The notes below the pieces were generated by a model. That model searched no databases and was not told the origin of the DNA. It was given only the letters and a program-made list of their open reading frames with translations. Of a stretch of DNA of 59,362 nt, positions 36,101 through 45,909 are shown one piece after another. Source of the stretch: Dimorphilus gyrociliatus (taxonomy: Eukaryota > Animalia > Annelida); the NCBI GenBank assembly GCA_904063045.1, contig CAJFCJ010000043.1, positions 1 to 59,362 of the forward strand, given 5' to 3'. A program made the translations under genes and the position numbers. The stretch's first letter is position 1. Each line of letters starts with the position of its first letter.

Positions 36101-39100
36101 TTGCACAATCAAACTCATAAATGGCATTTTTAATACTGAGTTCTTCTAGGCAATTATCATTATTAATAACGTCTATAACGCTCTGTGAAGTTGTTGTAGT
36201 TGGTGCACAATCTCCAATGTCGATCGCTGAAATATTTTTACAGTTTTCCGCAACAACCTTTAATAAATTGTTAATTACAATATTGCCTAATTGATTATCA
36301 TTGATGACTAGATTTTGAAGATGTTTTTGTTGATAAATTGCATCCCGTAGAATCTCTCCAATTTCAGATGTGAATCCACACGCATCAAAACCAAGTGTTA
36401 ATATATTTGAACACTTTTCTCTTATGTTCAAAAATATATTTTTTCCAACATCATCTCCAAATTCATTGTTGTAAAGTAAAAGATGTTGAATATTAGTTTG
36501 TTGACTGATTGCATCTCCTAGAATATTTCCAATTTCCGGTGTAAATCCACAATTCCAAAAATTAATGGTGAGTAGAAGACTACAATTTTCCTTTATATTA
36601 TAAAAAATATTTTTTCCAACATAATCTCCAAGTTCATTTTCGGATCCATTGATAAAGACTAAATTCTTTTGTTTACCAATAGCATTACCTAATATATTTC
36701 CAATTTTTGATGTGAATTCACAAGATTCGAAATCAAGATGAGAAATATTATTACAATTCTCTTTGATATTGAAAAAAAGATTTTTTCCAATACAATCATC
36801 TAGACAATTATTACATATATACAACTCTCTTAATTCTTTTTGTTTTCCAATTGCATCACCAAAAACAGTACCAATTTTTGATGTAAATCTACAATTTGCA
36901 ACATTCAAAATCATAATATGGCAACAATTTTGTTGAATATTCTCAAATATACATTGTCCAATAGTTGATTTTAAAATATTACTTTTTAAGTTTATTTCTT
37001 TTAAATGATTTTTTTGTTGACCAATTACTTCTCCAATAATATTTCCAATTTCAGATGTAAATCCACAATTTTCTAAATTCAATTTTGATATCCTGTTACA
37101 ATTCTCTTTAATACATTCCAATAATATTTTACCATAAAAATCTCCAACTAAACTATTTCTTAGATTCAATTCCTGAATATTTTCCTTGTTAAAAATTAAT
37201 TGTTGAGTCAGCATTTTAAAGTAATTAAATTCAGAATTCTCTCCAAAAAAATTATATGTTTGAATGAAAAATTTATTTAGATGTATTTTTGTAAAATTTA
37301 ATAAATATTGAATGATTTTTCTCTCATAATTTGTAAACATTTGAATATCAAAAATTTTTAGATCAGAGATACATTTAATAATTTCCAATAATTCTTTCAT
37401 TTTTGATAAATTAAAACACTCTGAATTGACATCAACAACAGCATCTGATACCAGTTTAGCAGCATTTGAATTTGAATTGAAAATTCTTAAAAATTTTAAT
37501 TCCATAATTGAATTCAAATATTCAGATATATCTGTATTTTTCCAATTACAATGATGCATATACAAATTATTAAATTGTTGAAATTTTTCATGTTTAATCA
37601 TCTTTAAAAAATTTAAACTAGTATCCTTTGTAAATTCATTATAACTTATATCCAAAGTTTTTATTGAAGTTAGTTCAGTCCAAATATTTGTCAATGTTGT
37701 TAAAAAATCATCAGATAGTTGACAATTTTTTAGATGAATTTTTCTTATAACATTTAGAGATAGGATCTTATTTGGACAAGTGAAAAGTTCATTAAACTCT
37801 TTCAAATTTAAATTTGAATTTGAATGTACAATTTTCAAATATTTAAAATTAGAATAATTAGAGAAATTAATATCATTCAATAAGTCATTAAAAGTTGAAT
37901 TGTAGCAATTTGTAGCAAGGATTTTTAAACTAATTGAGAAAGAAGTTAGCTTTTTAATAAAATTATATATCAAGATATTATCTAGAGAATTTCCACCAAA
38001 ATCTAGATATATCAAATCCAGTTTTATCATCAAGAAATCATCAATCTTTGTTGCTGTCTTCATTGTTATTTGATTATTTGGGCATTTAATAATTGGTAAT
38101 TTTAATACTTTTAGACAATGTGCTGAAAAAATAGATGTAAAAAAATCCAAAGTATCAACAAATTTATCAATCAAATCAACTTGATTACCATCCATTTCTA
38201 AAGTATTTAAATGATTGTGATTTTTAAGAAAATTAAGTAAATCATTTGATTTTGTAATCATTTCACAATCATTACATTTGAGAGATGATAATGATATTGT
38301 CAAATTATTTAATATTTCAAAGAAATTCTTTCCCAGATCATTTAATAATGAAATTCCAGATATATTTAATTTTTGTAATTTGAAATTGTCTTTAAAAAAT
38401 TGTTTCAAATTTAATTTTCTACAAACTTTTACCAGTTTACATATTTTTAAATTTGGACAATTGATTTCAATCGCTTCTGCCAATCCACAATTTTCAATAT
38501 ATAATTCTTTCAAACTATTTGATTGTATATGTAATGGAGTTGTGTTATTTGAATTTTCAAATTGAATATTTTTCAATTTAAAAACTTTTAAATTCTTAAA
38601 ATTTTTCATAATACTTTCTATCGTTTGCAGAGTAATGATAGAACTCATTACATTGTTATAAGAAAGTTCCATAATAGAAAGGGAATTCTTTAAAAAGTCT
38701 TGTCCAATATGAATGAAGTTGTTTAAATCTACATCTGTGTCATTTATTTGAACTTTTTTGACCTCTTTATTAAGGTCATGAAGGATTAATCTCCAAATAC
38801 CAATTGGTAATCTAAAATCAGATAATTCAATTGTATTGATAATTGATTTTTTTTCAATATATGTACAAAGTCTTTCATTTATATCCAGAAGAGATAGAAT
38901 ATTATTCAATCCTGTAATAGTTATTAATTTTGTAAAGATATTATAGTCAATGTCAAGGACAAATGAGAAAATCTGTTTTACAATAAATAAATTATTTAAA
39001 TTTCTAATTATTGATTCTATTAATTGAATATTATTGTGTAGATTATTCTGGTAGGAATTGATAATGAATTTGGCTGCAAAGTATTCTTTAAATAGTCTAT

Positions 39101-40457
39101 GAACAAATTCAAAATTTACTCCACTCTTCCTTGTTAAAGGATTGAAAAACCATCTAAAATATGAGTATTCTTTTATAGCTTTATTTATAGAATTTTTCTC
39201 TGTCCATGTTAATCCAATTTTGAATAGATCATAAAAAGCAAATAAACTAAGATAATAAATCTTTTCTTCCCCATTTATCGCTCTTCCCTTTCGTAAGCAT
39301 AATGTTAGAATATAGTCAAATATTTCATATTCATTGCGCAACATATTGAAATATTTTTGCTCTGTCCAAATAAATAATATTAAATATGCCATGAATGGAT
39401 TTTTACAAAGTTTGTAAAGATATTGTCTGTTACTGTTACTATTTAAGGTAGTTAAAAGTTGGTTCAACTCTGCCTCAGTTTTTTCTATTGAAATTTGAAA
39501 TAGCAAATCATTTCCAAAATTTGAATCTTTTAAGCATTTTTGGAAATATCTATATATCTGACGATCATCAAAACCTTTTAATTCAAAAATGGAATAATAA
39601 CAATTGTTTGAGGAATTTACTTGAAATAGTCTTTCTCCTCCTCCTCCTCCTCCTCCTCCTCCTCCTCCTGGTCCTCTTCTTGATAAGATAATCATTGGAC
39701 AGTGATAATTAAGAAATTTGTACTTTTCATTTATCATCAAATTATCATCATCAATTTCATCAAGAATTAAAATGATTTTTTCACTGCATTCAATTAGAAA
39801 ATGTGTAAATATTTCAAATGTGATTGTTGAATTATTACTGAAATTATATTTAAATAAAATTTCCTCAAATGAATAATTTCTATTTTCATCTTTAAATATT
39901 TCATTAAATTTGATGTATAAAATTAATCTATCCTGTAGAAATGATTCTCCCATATTCTCTGACCAGAAGTAGAGAATTTTCATTGAAAAGAACGTTTTGC
40001 CAATACCTCCAACGCCATAAATTAATAATTTGTCATCATTTTTTAAAAATTTTAAATAATTTAAAAATTGTTCAACTTTGAAAAATAAGCCAAAATTTTC
40101 TTGATTTTTATTACAATTTCTCAATAAAAGTTGAGTTGGTGTCGATATATCATCAAATTTAATATTAGAAGAATTTTGATTGTTCAATGAAAATTTAGGA
40201 TAGAATTCAAATTCCATTTGAAAAGAATATTTTCTTTCAATAATTACATTTTTCCATGTATTTTTAATCAAATTTTCAATTTCAGTATATTTCTTATCAA
40301 AGAATTGAATACTTTCTAAAATTTTCAACAGTTTGCTGCTATCATCAAAGCAATTTAAATTAATTTTTAACTCATGTAATTTTTTATTAAATAATTTATC
40401 ATTTTCTAGAACAGCTTTAATCTGTTTTGCATGATATTTTAAAAGAGGATTTTTCAT
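33150..40457 (-). CDS. Giant NACHT-LRR (NLR-like) protein, 2435 aa, one uninterrupted ORF
   Basis: Walker A GVGGIGKT, Walker B ILILDEIDD, IILSR sensor-1, LCKNPF, winged-helix FEFVHRLFKEYFAA; irregular LRRs, then 23 units of 57 aa (33243-37178). A small upstream exon cannot be excluded. Confidence 0.93.
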   Translation of the reverse strand: MKNPLLKYHAKQIKAVLENDKLFNKKLHELKINLNCFDDSSKLLKILESIQFFDKKYTEIENLIKNTWKNVIIERKYSFQMEFEFYPKFSLNNQNSSNIKFDDISTPTQLLLRNCNKNQENFGLFFKVEQFLNYLKFLKNDDKLLIYGVGGIGKTFFSMKILYFWSENMGESFLQDRLILYIKFNEIFKDENRNYSFEEILFKYNFSNNSTITFEIFTHFLIECSEKIILILDEIDDDNLMINEKYKFLNYHCPMIILSRRGPGGGGGGGGGGGERLFQVNSSNNCYYSIFELKGFDDRQIYRYFQKCLKDSNFGNDLLFQISIEKTEAELNQLLTTLNSNSNRQYLYKLCKNPFMAYLILFIWTEQKYFNMLRNEYEIFDYILTLCLRKGRAINGEEKIYYLSLFAFYDLFKIGLTWTEKNSINKAIKEYSYFRWFFNPLTRKSGVNFEFVHRLFKEYFAAKFIINSYQNNLHNNIQLIESIIRNLNNLFIVKQIFSFVLDIDYNIFTKLITITGLNNILSLLDINERLCTYIEKKSIINTIELSDFRLPIGIWRLILHDLNKEVKKVQINDTDVDLNNFIHIGQDFLKNSLSIMELSYNNVMSSIITLQTIESIMKNFKNLKVFKLKNIQFENSNNTTPLHIQSNSLKELYIENCGLAEAIEINCPNLKICKLVKVCRKLNLKQFFKDNFKLQKLNISGISLLNDLGKNFFEILNNLTISLSSLKCNDCEMITKSNDLLNFLKNHNHLNTLEMDGNQVDLIDKFVDTLDFFTSIFSAHCLKVLKLPIIKCPNNQITMKTATKIDDFLMIKLDLIYLDFGGNSLDNILIYNFIKKLTSFSISLKILATNCYNSTFNDLLNDINFSNYSNFKYLKIVHSNSNLNLKEFNELFTCPNKILSLNVIRKIHLKNCQLSDDFLTTLTNIWTELTSIKTLDISYNEFTKDTSLNFLKMIKHEKFQQFNNLYMHHCNWKNTDISEYLNSIMELKFLRIFNSNSNAAKLVSDAVVDVNSECFNLSKMKELLEIIKCISDLKIFDIQMFTNYERKIIQYLLNFTKIHLNKFFIQTYNFFGENSEFNYFKMLTQQLIFNKENIQELNLRNSLVGDFYGKILLECIKENCNRISKLNLENCGFTSEIGNIIGEVIGQQKNHLKEINLKSNILKSTIGQCIFENIQQNCCHIMILNVANCRFTSKIGTVFGDAIGKQKELRELYICNNCLDDCIGKNLFFNIKENCNNISHLDFESCEFTSKIGNILGNAIGKQKNLVFINGSENELGDYVGKNIFYNIKENCSLLLTINFWNCGFTPEIGNILGDAISQQTNIQHLLLYNNEFGDDVGKNIFLNIREKCSNILTLGFDACGFTSEIGEILRDAIYQQKHLQNLVINDNQLGNIVINNLLKVVAENCKNISAIDIGDCAPTTTTSQSVIDVINNDNCLEELSIKNAIYEFDCAKDIFLNIGNSGKNFYSLCFGNCYFHPGLTAILTDGIIKQDRLRELYLWEIRLGNEGWKYVLLNLKNNCPNISTLDLSNSGITSDIGNVLGYVIKKKKFLKQLYLWDNYIEDDVGEHLFHCIKETHHTITLLNIDNCGLTSNIGNILGDAIGQQHCLKELLLGNNQLEDTVGKNIFENIWKNCRKLTNIDCINCGFTSKIGDSIGNAIGCQKNLNELHLANNLFGDKVGRNIFHNIKNNCEIIKLLRVFNCGFTHQIGSIIGDAIGKQTSLQFLDISENYLGDFVGKSIFTNIRWNCSKISKFGLGKCGFTADIHNSLATAIGQQSNLKSLLLWHNEIGDFIGKYIFQMIEKNCQKISDLKLDNCRFSFQIGSIISNAIGQQNELETLSLCNNDFRDDFGKNLFKKIYENCQKITCLTVGNCQFTSKIGKILSKAIYQQKNLEILDISNNKLQDSAGRELLKSLEDSCTNLTKLDISNCGFTSAIGLILGDAISQQTSLISLTIKNNPLGDIVGKHLFSSIAKNNNRIELLNFSNCEFTTDVGFVMAKAIGCLKNLKIFICQENNLGNYIGKHLFKKINENCRNIEKIDCNTCNFTSALGNVVGDAIGKQTYIKELSFWNNQLGDDVGRSIFTNIHKYCRNIKVLNFGNCQFTSAIGNIIGDAIGEQRDLNNLYIWNNDFGDDLGKYIFKNLQENCYNLTNLYIGYCGFTSNLGNVIGEMIGQQYNLQSLVMWENSVGDHVGEEIFNCIKQNCNQLSVINCELCNFTFQIGNCIGEAIAQQKYLQNFNIAKNFLQDDVGRNIFENMKENCYNISKLIFDHCGFTTDIGYILGDAIGQQSRLQELTFSNNQLGDTVGINLFHRLKENCFSITVLKFENCGFTANIGDFLGDLIGQQTYLSVLNIANNQFGNDVGKCLFQNIKKYCKNICEIQCNNCGFTSKIGNIIYDAIVCQKQLQYFHIWNHQFLYRIDHHLSTDILVRNRLG
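39636..39668 (-). repeat. Perfect (GGA)11 microsatellite encoding poly-Gly inside the NACHT domain
   Basis: (TCC)11 on the + strand, in frame, giving IILSRRGP-G11-ERLF. Confidence 0.95.
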
Positions 40458-40645
40458 TGTTCACAAATATCTTTTCACATGAAAATCATACCTTTGGAAA
40501 ATATTCATCACATTTCTTTTTAATTTCTGGTTACAGTGTGAAGAGAGCTGATTTTTAAACTCAAAATGGCTTCTATTCTCTGTTCTTTTTAGATTAAGAC
40601 AGTATTTGTCACTTACATAATCAATCTAAAGAATTACCAATACAG

Positions 40646-40673
<28 letters not shown>
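40646..40673. repeat. (AT)14 microsatellite about 190 bp upstream of the NLR ATG
   Basis: Direct reading. Confidence 0.9.
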
Positions 40674-40676
<3 letters not shown>

Positions 40677-42227
40677 CAGGCTAATTTTGCTGAGGTAGAT
40701 AGTTTTTCCAATTGCTTCAATGTCAATACTGAGTCACTCTTGCGAAAAAATATTCCAATTTTTTAATGCGATGTCTCTCCTCTTCAAATTTCTTTCATTT
40801 ATTGATCAACCAATATTGTTCTATTTATCGGAAGTAGTATTGATCAATGTTTTATATTTGACAAATTAGCAGTAGTATTGACTTTGAATACATGGTTTTT
40901 GAAATTGATGATGATATACTAATTCCAGGGCCAAACTCAATTCTCTTTCTTCAAATTTACTCGACAACTGAAATATTTTAAATTCAAAAATCTTAAAGAA
41001 AAATTTTCTTAAAATGGACTAAAATATGAAAAATCCCAAAATGGGCCAAAATGTCACTGCATCAGTAATTTCTTTACATTCTAAAAATTTTGTTGAGTAA
41101 ATTACTTTTGTGGAAGTTGGGATAATTTTTGTCTTTACACTACTTTTTCTTATATTAAAAAATGAATAAATTCTTTTCTTTCCAATCATTTATCAACTCA
41201 CCAAAGTACTGGTCCAAATAGAACCTTCCAAGTTCGTCCACAAGTAGTCTTAACAAATGTAATTTTGGTGGAAATTAATTAACAAAATACCAGTATTTCA
41301 TTTAAAGAATATGTATTGAGTAAATGAGTTTCTACTTCTAAATAAGCAAGTTTAAACAACCAGCTGATGGTTACGGAACTGAACTACCAAAATGGTGAAA
41401 TGTAATTCCTTTTATACATTTCAAAAAGCCTGGGTTCACTTGGTCAAAGTCTAAATATTGTCATGTTATTATTTCTAAGTGCACAAAAATTGTCCATCAA
41501 TCAACTTTCAAATTATAACATTATTATCAAATATTCTTCAATATTCTCTAAAATTCTCAAATATTATCCAGGGTTAATATCAAAGCAATCCACAAGGTGT
41601 CTAATATCAATACCATCCACCAGGTGGCTACTATCAAAAATATTCAAGAGTCAAAATGAATCAATACCTTTATTGAAAACGTAATAAGAACTTTTCCCAA
41701 GTTAAAATTCACACTTGCAAACAATACATAACATTAAAAAAAAGACTCCAGACATTTTATCGAACTTTCGCGAACTGTAACTTTGTTAATACTACTCCAA
41801 TTGTACTCAAATTTTGTATGAGCTTGCATCTCACAAAAACAAACATCATGCATCAATAAAAATTCTTGACCCAAATTATGACCTTGCATGTATAAATTTT
41901 TTAAAAGTTATAAAAAAACAATAGGTAAACTAAAAACACTATTAGGTATATCTTTAGACAAAAAGTTGAATAGGCCTAAGTTACATGTTCATATTAAATA
42001 TCAACTTTAAAAACGCATTGGAAGTTTGTTTTTTTATCTCTATAGAATAATTGTAGTTTTTTTAAACGTTTTTAAAAAACAACAGCCAAAGTAAAAACAT
42101 TTTGAGGTCGATTTTTGCAGATTTATAATCAATAGCCAAAACTGTATAAGTCCATAAGTGATAAACCCAAAATTTTTTTGGGGACCCCTATGCAATCTTA
42201 ACGCTAATCCTGAGAACATTTTCAGAC

Positions 42228-42437
42228 TTGCTGGAATATTTTGAAAATACTTGGATTTTGAATTCTACTTGGAAACCATTGAACTGGTCAGTCTTTGGAT
42301 TATTAATAGGGACTAATAATAGTGTGAAAGGATGGTACAATAGACTGAGTAATAAAGTACAGAAACTATTTGAAATTTGGGATGATTATAGGCTTGGAAG
42401 GATATTAGCTGATGAATCTATTCTTTTCTTGAGTTAG
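42228..42437 (+). mobile_element. MULE transposase C-terminal relic
   Basis: LEYFENTWI..WKPLNWSVFG..TNNSVKGWYNRL. Confidence 0.75.
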
Positions 42438-42896
42438 CATATAGTATAATAGCTCTTCAATAAATATATTATCATATTTTTTTATTTCTATAAATATCAA
42501 CAACAACCGTTTTCCTTGGTCATCGTAAGACATTCACCCCTAATGGGTATGGATTTACCTGTAACCCTAATCTCTGTGGTTATTATATTATAAATATCTA
42601 TATATAATCTAAATGGATTTCCTACTTTCATTTTAATAGTTCATTAAGATTTTAAACAGTTTTCATTACAAAAGTTTCTAGTAGTTTCTCAAATAAACAC
42701 TTAACAAAACTAGAGACAGTTCCTTTGTTGGATTTATTCAAAATCAATGAGTAAATGTGTTAATCTCAAAAGAAAAGAAAGCATGATCAATGATCTTAAT
42801 ATGCAGTCAATACTAGAACAGAAATAAATTGATAAATTTGCATTTATAATTAGATGTAATAACACAAAAAACTGCAAAATTACTGATATTGAATAT

Positions 42897-43751
42897 TTAA
42901 ATTTCAATAGTAGAGTACTGTATATTGTATAGTAAAATTATTAATGAAGAAACAATGATGATAAGCACAGAGAAACTATTCTTATTAGAATGATTACATT
43001 TAGAACCTGAACAAATGCAGTAATTTGTCACAAAATTGTCATAAAAGATGGATCTAAATGATGCTTCAGAACAGTGATCTTCATCGTTACACCACGTTTT
43101 TTTGCAACCTCTGTGAATCTCATAGACTCCATTGTCAACTTTAATTTTCTTTTTAAAACATGCAACACCAACACAAAATTCCACACCATATACTGGTCCT
43201 TTAAATTCATCAAGACAGTTTCTACTCACCAATGAATTACATTGATAACATAGTTGGGCATTCGGATCCAAATTTGAAGTTACCGTTCGACATTTTTCCC
43301 TACTACCAGGTAAACTACCTCTGTTCAAACCACCCAAAGACACTGCTATTTTGATAACTTTTAAAATATTTCTAGCAACCTTAATGATATGGAGTTTTCT
43401 ATTTGTCACATTATAATTCAAATCTATGGAACAAGCCATATTCTGTAACATTAAATCATTAAAAGCAGTTTTTTCAACAGTAACTTCACTATTTCGATGG
43501 CAATAAGTTGACTTTGTTTCTAACTCTTCATTCAATTTTTCCACTTGAACAGAAACTGCTAATTCTTTTCCTTCAGTTGATATAAATCTTAAACAGTGTA
43601 AATTTCCTTCAAGCATCATTAAAACATCTTTATGAAGGTTGATTGAATCCACATGGGAAACAACATAATTGGTTATTACACACTGCGAATTTGTTTGATG
43701 AATGTTGATTATTAAAAATGATAGTAATTGCCAAAATGTATTAGTATTCAT
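42897..43751 (-). CDS. GPI-anchored surface protein: N-terminal (CUB-like?) domain + Ly6/quiver three-finger domain; single exon
   Basis: Signal MNTNTFWQLLSFLIINIHQTNS; CYQCNS...C.DEF...C...CFKK...RGC...C.C....CN; hydrophobic tail FSVLIIIVSSLIILLY. Confidence 0.85.
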   Translation of the reverse strand: MNTNTFWQLLSFLIINIHQTNSQCVITNYVVSHVDSINLHKDVLMMLEGNLHCLRFISTEGKELAVSVQVEKLNEELETKSTYCHRNSEVTVEKTAFNDLMLQNMACSIDLNYNVTNRKLHIIKVARNILKVIKIAVSLGGLNRGSLPGSREKCRTVTSNLDPNAQLCYQCNSLVSRNCLDEFKGPVYGVEFCVGVACFKKKIKVDNGVYEIHRGCKKTWCNDEDHCSEASFRSIFYDNFVTNYCICSGSKCNHSNKNSFSVLIIIVSSLIILLYNIQYSTIEI

Positions 43752-43838
43752 CTTATCAAAATGAAAATGAAAAATTTTGTTCTTTTCTTCTAACTTTAAA
43801 CCAGCCAGGTTATGCTAACCTTTTAATGTAATGCAAAA

Positions 43839-43890
43839 GAACATGTTTGGACATGTTGCCCTGGATAATGAAAGGTTAATGCACATGTTC
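43839..43890. promoter_or_regulatory. Candidate p53/p63-family response element in the bidirectional promoter
   Basis: GAACATGTTT-GGACATGTTG (43839-43858; RRRCWWGYYY x2, zero spacer, one mismatch) plus a third half-site GCACATGTTC (43881-43890). Confidence 0.5.
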
Positions 43891-43994
43891 TATTGCGTTT
43901 TAATTCTCCTCTTTGAGCAAGACTCTTGTCCTACAGATTTGTGTCATAAGAAAAATTGATTCAATGTCATTCTGTAGTAAGATCATTTCAGAAT

Positions 43995-44807
43995 ATGAAG
44001 ATATCTCTCTTCCAAGTATTACTTGGTTTCTTAACCATTCATCATTCTCTGTTGAGTTGTACATTTACAAATATCATTGTAACAAATTCAAAAGAAATGA
44101 ATCTTGATCAATTGAATTTTTTATCAGAAGGTAATCACTGTCTTCTATTTTTGACTAATGGTTTAAGTAAATTGAAAGTGTCTGTAACTACTGACAAAGC
44201 AAATCAACAATTAGAATATATTTGTGAAGAGAATGCCATTGTCAAATTACAGAAAATGGAGAAAGATAAAAATTTAAAATTTGATAGTGTAATTTGTATA
44301 AAGAATACAATTGATTCTACAATAAACAATACATCTATTGGTCAATTTAAGACAAAAGAATATTCTGAATTCTCTTCTCTCTTAAAAGTTACTGTAACAC
44401 TTCATTGGAGAATAAAGAAAGAAAGAGTTAACTCCAGAAATTTGAAAGCTAATTCAACAGCCTACTATAAGTATTGTTACAAATGCAATTCCATTACAAA
44501 CGATCATTGCGCTGATGAGTTTTTTAATGATACTTCACTTGATATATGTGAGAGTAACTCTTGTTATAAAAAGGTACTTGATTGGACTGGAAGTTTAAAA
44601 CATGTATATAGAGGCTGCACGGATACCGTTTTTGAATTTCCAACATGTTTTAGTGATAGACACACTTATAACTATGTACAAAATGTTATTACGAATCATT
44701 GTGTTTGTAAAGGAAGCTACTGCAATAATTCAAATTCATTTCAACCATTTATAATAACTATTGTTTTTATTCAATTTCAACTTTTTTATATTTTATATAA
44801 CATTTAA
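43995..44807 (+). CDS. Paralog of 42897-43751: N-terminal domain + Ly6/quiver three-finger domain, GPI signal
   Basis: Signal MKISLFQVLLGFLTIHHSLLS; EGNHCLLF matches EGNLHCLRF; CYKCNSITNDHCADEF..C...CYKK..RGC..HCVCKGSYCN; hydrophobic tail. Confidence 0.85.
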   Translation: MKISLFQVLLGFLTIHHSLLSCTFTNIIVTNSKEMNLDQLNFLSEGNHCLLFLTNGLSKLKVSVTTDKANQQLEYICEENAIVKLQKMEKDKNLKFDSVICIKNTIDSTINNTSIGQFKTKEYSEFSSLLKVTVTLHWRIKKERVNSRNLKANSTAYYKYCYKCNSITNDHCADEFFNDTSLDICESNSCYKKVLDWTGSLKHVYRGCTDTVFEFPTCFSDRHTYNYVQNVITNHCVCKGSYCNNSNSFQPFIITIVFIQFQLFYILYNI

Positions 44808-45189
44808 AATAATATTTCTTTGTCTTTCAATAATTGACTTTGATCATTTGAATAAAAATTAACATTAATAAGCATTCCCAAAGATTTATTATCTAATTTT
44901 TTTTGTTTTCATAACTTTGTTTTTCTTTCTCTCTTAATTCAAGAAATATAAAATCAATAAAATATGGCCAGTTGAACAATGAATAAAAATTCTTTCATAT
45001 AGAATTTTTCTAGTTTTTGTGAAACTCTAGGTGATTGAACTTGGCTTTGAGCCAAGTTATTTTTTTTTTATTCTTTGTTTGGATAATTTACCAAGATATG
45101 TTTAGTAATTCCAACCCTGAAAACATTTTGGGAAAGAGTTTTTGCTATTCTAGTTGACAGTATATATACTGAGAAACAATATATGGAGA

Positions 45190-45400
45190 AAAAAAAAATG
45201 AAGAGATCTTGGAAAAATTATGTCATTAGGATATGAACTTTTGGAACAACCAAACTTTGCTGATTTGTTGTTATATTTTGAAAATACATGGATATATAAT
45301 TCAAAATGTGGAAACCTAAAAATTGACACATGTTTCGTCTGTTAATTAAAATAAATAAGAGTCTTGGGGGTTGGGACAATGGAATAAATAGCTGAGTAAA
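45190..45400 (+). mobile_element. MULE transposase relic
   Basis: QPNFADLLLYFENTWIYNS.MWKPKN, parallel to 42228-42437. Confidence 0.55.
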
Positions 45401-45909
45401 TTCAAAAGGCTCATTTCACGAAAAGGAATAAAGGAATTTGGGCATCAGGTGGTAATCTTTTAGAGAATTGGTTAAGTTTTTCGAACTATGGATGTCCTTT
45501 GTAATTAGGTAGCTTTAGGAATTTAAGAAGTGTCTTGAACTCGGTTCAAACAGCAATTGTCTGGGGTTGGAATGGACCCGTTTTGTTCAGGATTTGCTGT
45601 ACCTTATTACATCCATGCCAGGATGAATCGCCATAGATAAAATCTAATGTTTGGACAAAGCTTATGAATTTGTCCTTGATATTGTTACTATTTGCCATAT
45701 CATGATATTCGTAGCACACCATCTCCTCTACTGTCCATCTCTTTAAAATCTGACATTTTTGCTGAATCGTTGATATATTTATAGACATTTGAACATTGAC
45801 ATGAATCCTTAAAAGATATATACTGTATAAATCCAATGAAATTAACAGTTAATGGTTCAGTTCTCCATCCGGCTTGTTGGGTAAAAATTTCCATAAATTT
45901 ATCCTCTGA

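Noticed and set aside
33155-39691. Small ORFs inside the NLR (33155-33397, 34426-34623, 35057-35254, 38278-38565, poly-Leu 39488-39691)
   Set aside because: Shadows of the long ORF; the poly-Leu is the antisense reading of (GGA)11.
45546-45894. ORFs just downstream of the GPCR as extra exons or an RTE LINE relic
   Set aside because: The GPCR already ends after TM7/helix 8, and the LINE resemblance is only a few residues.
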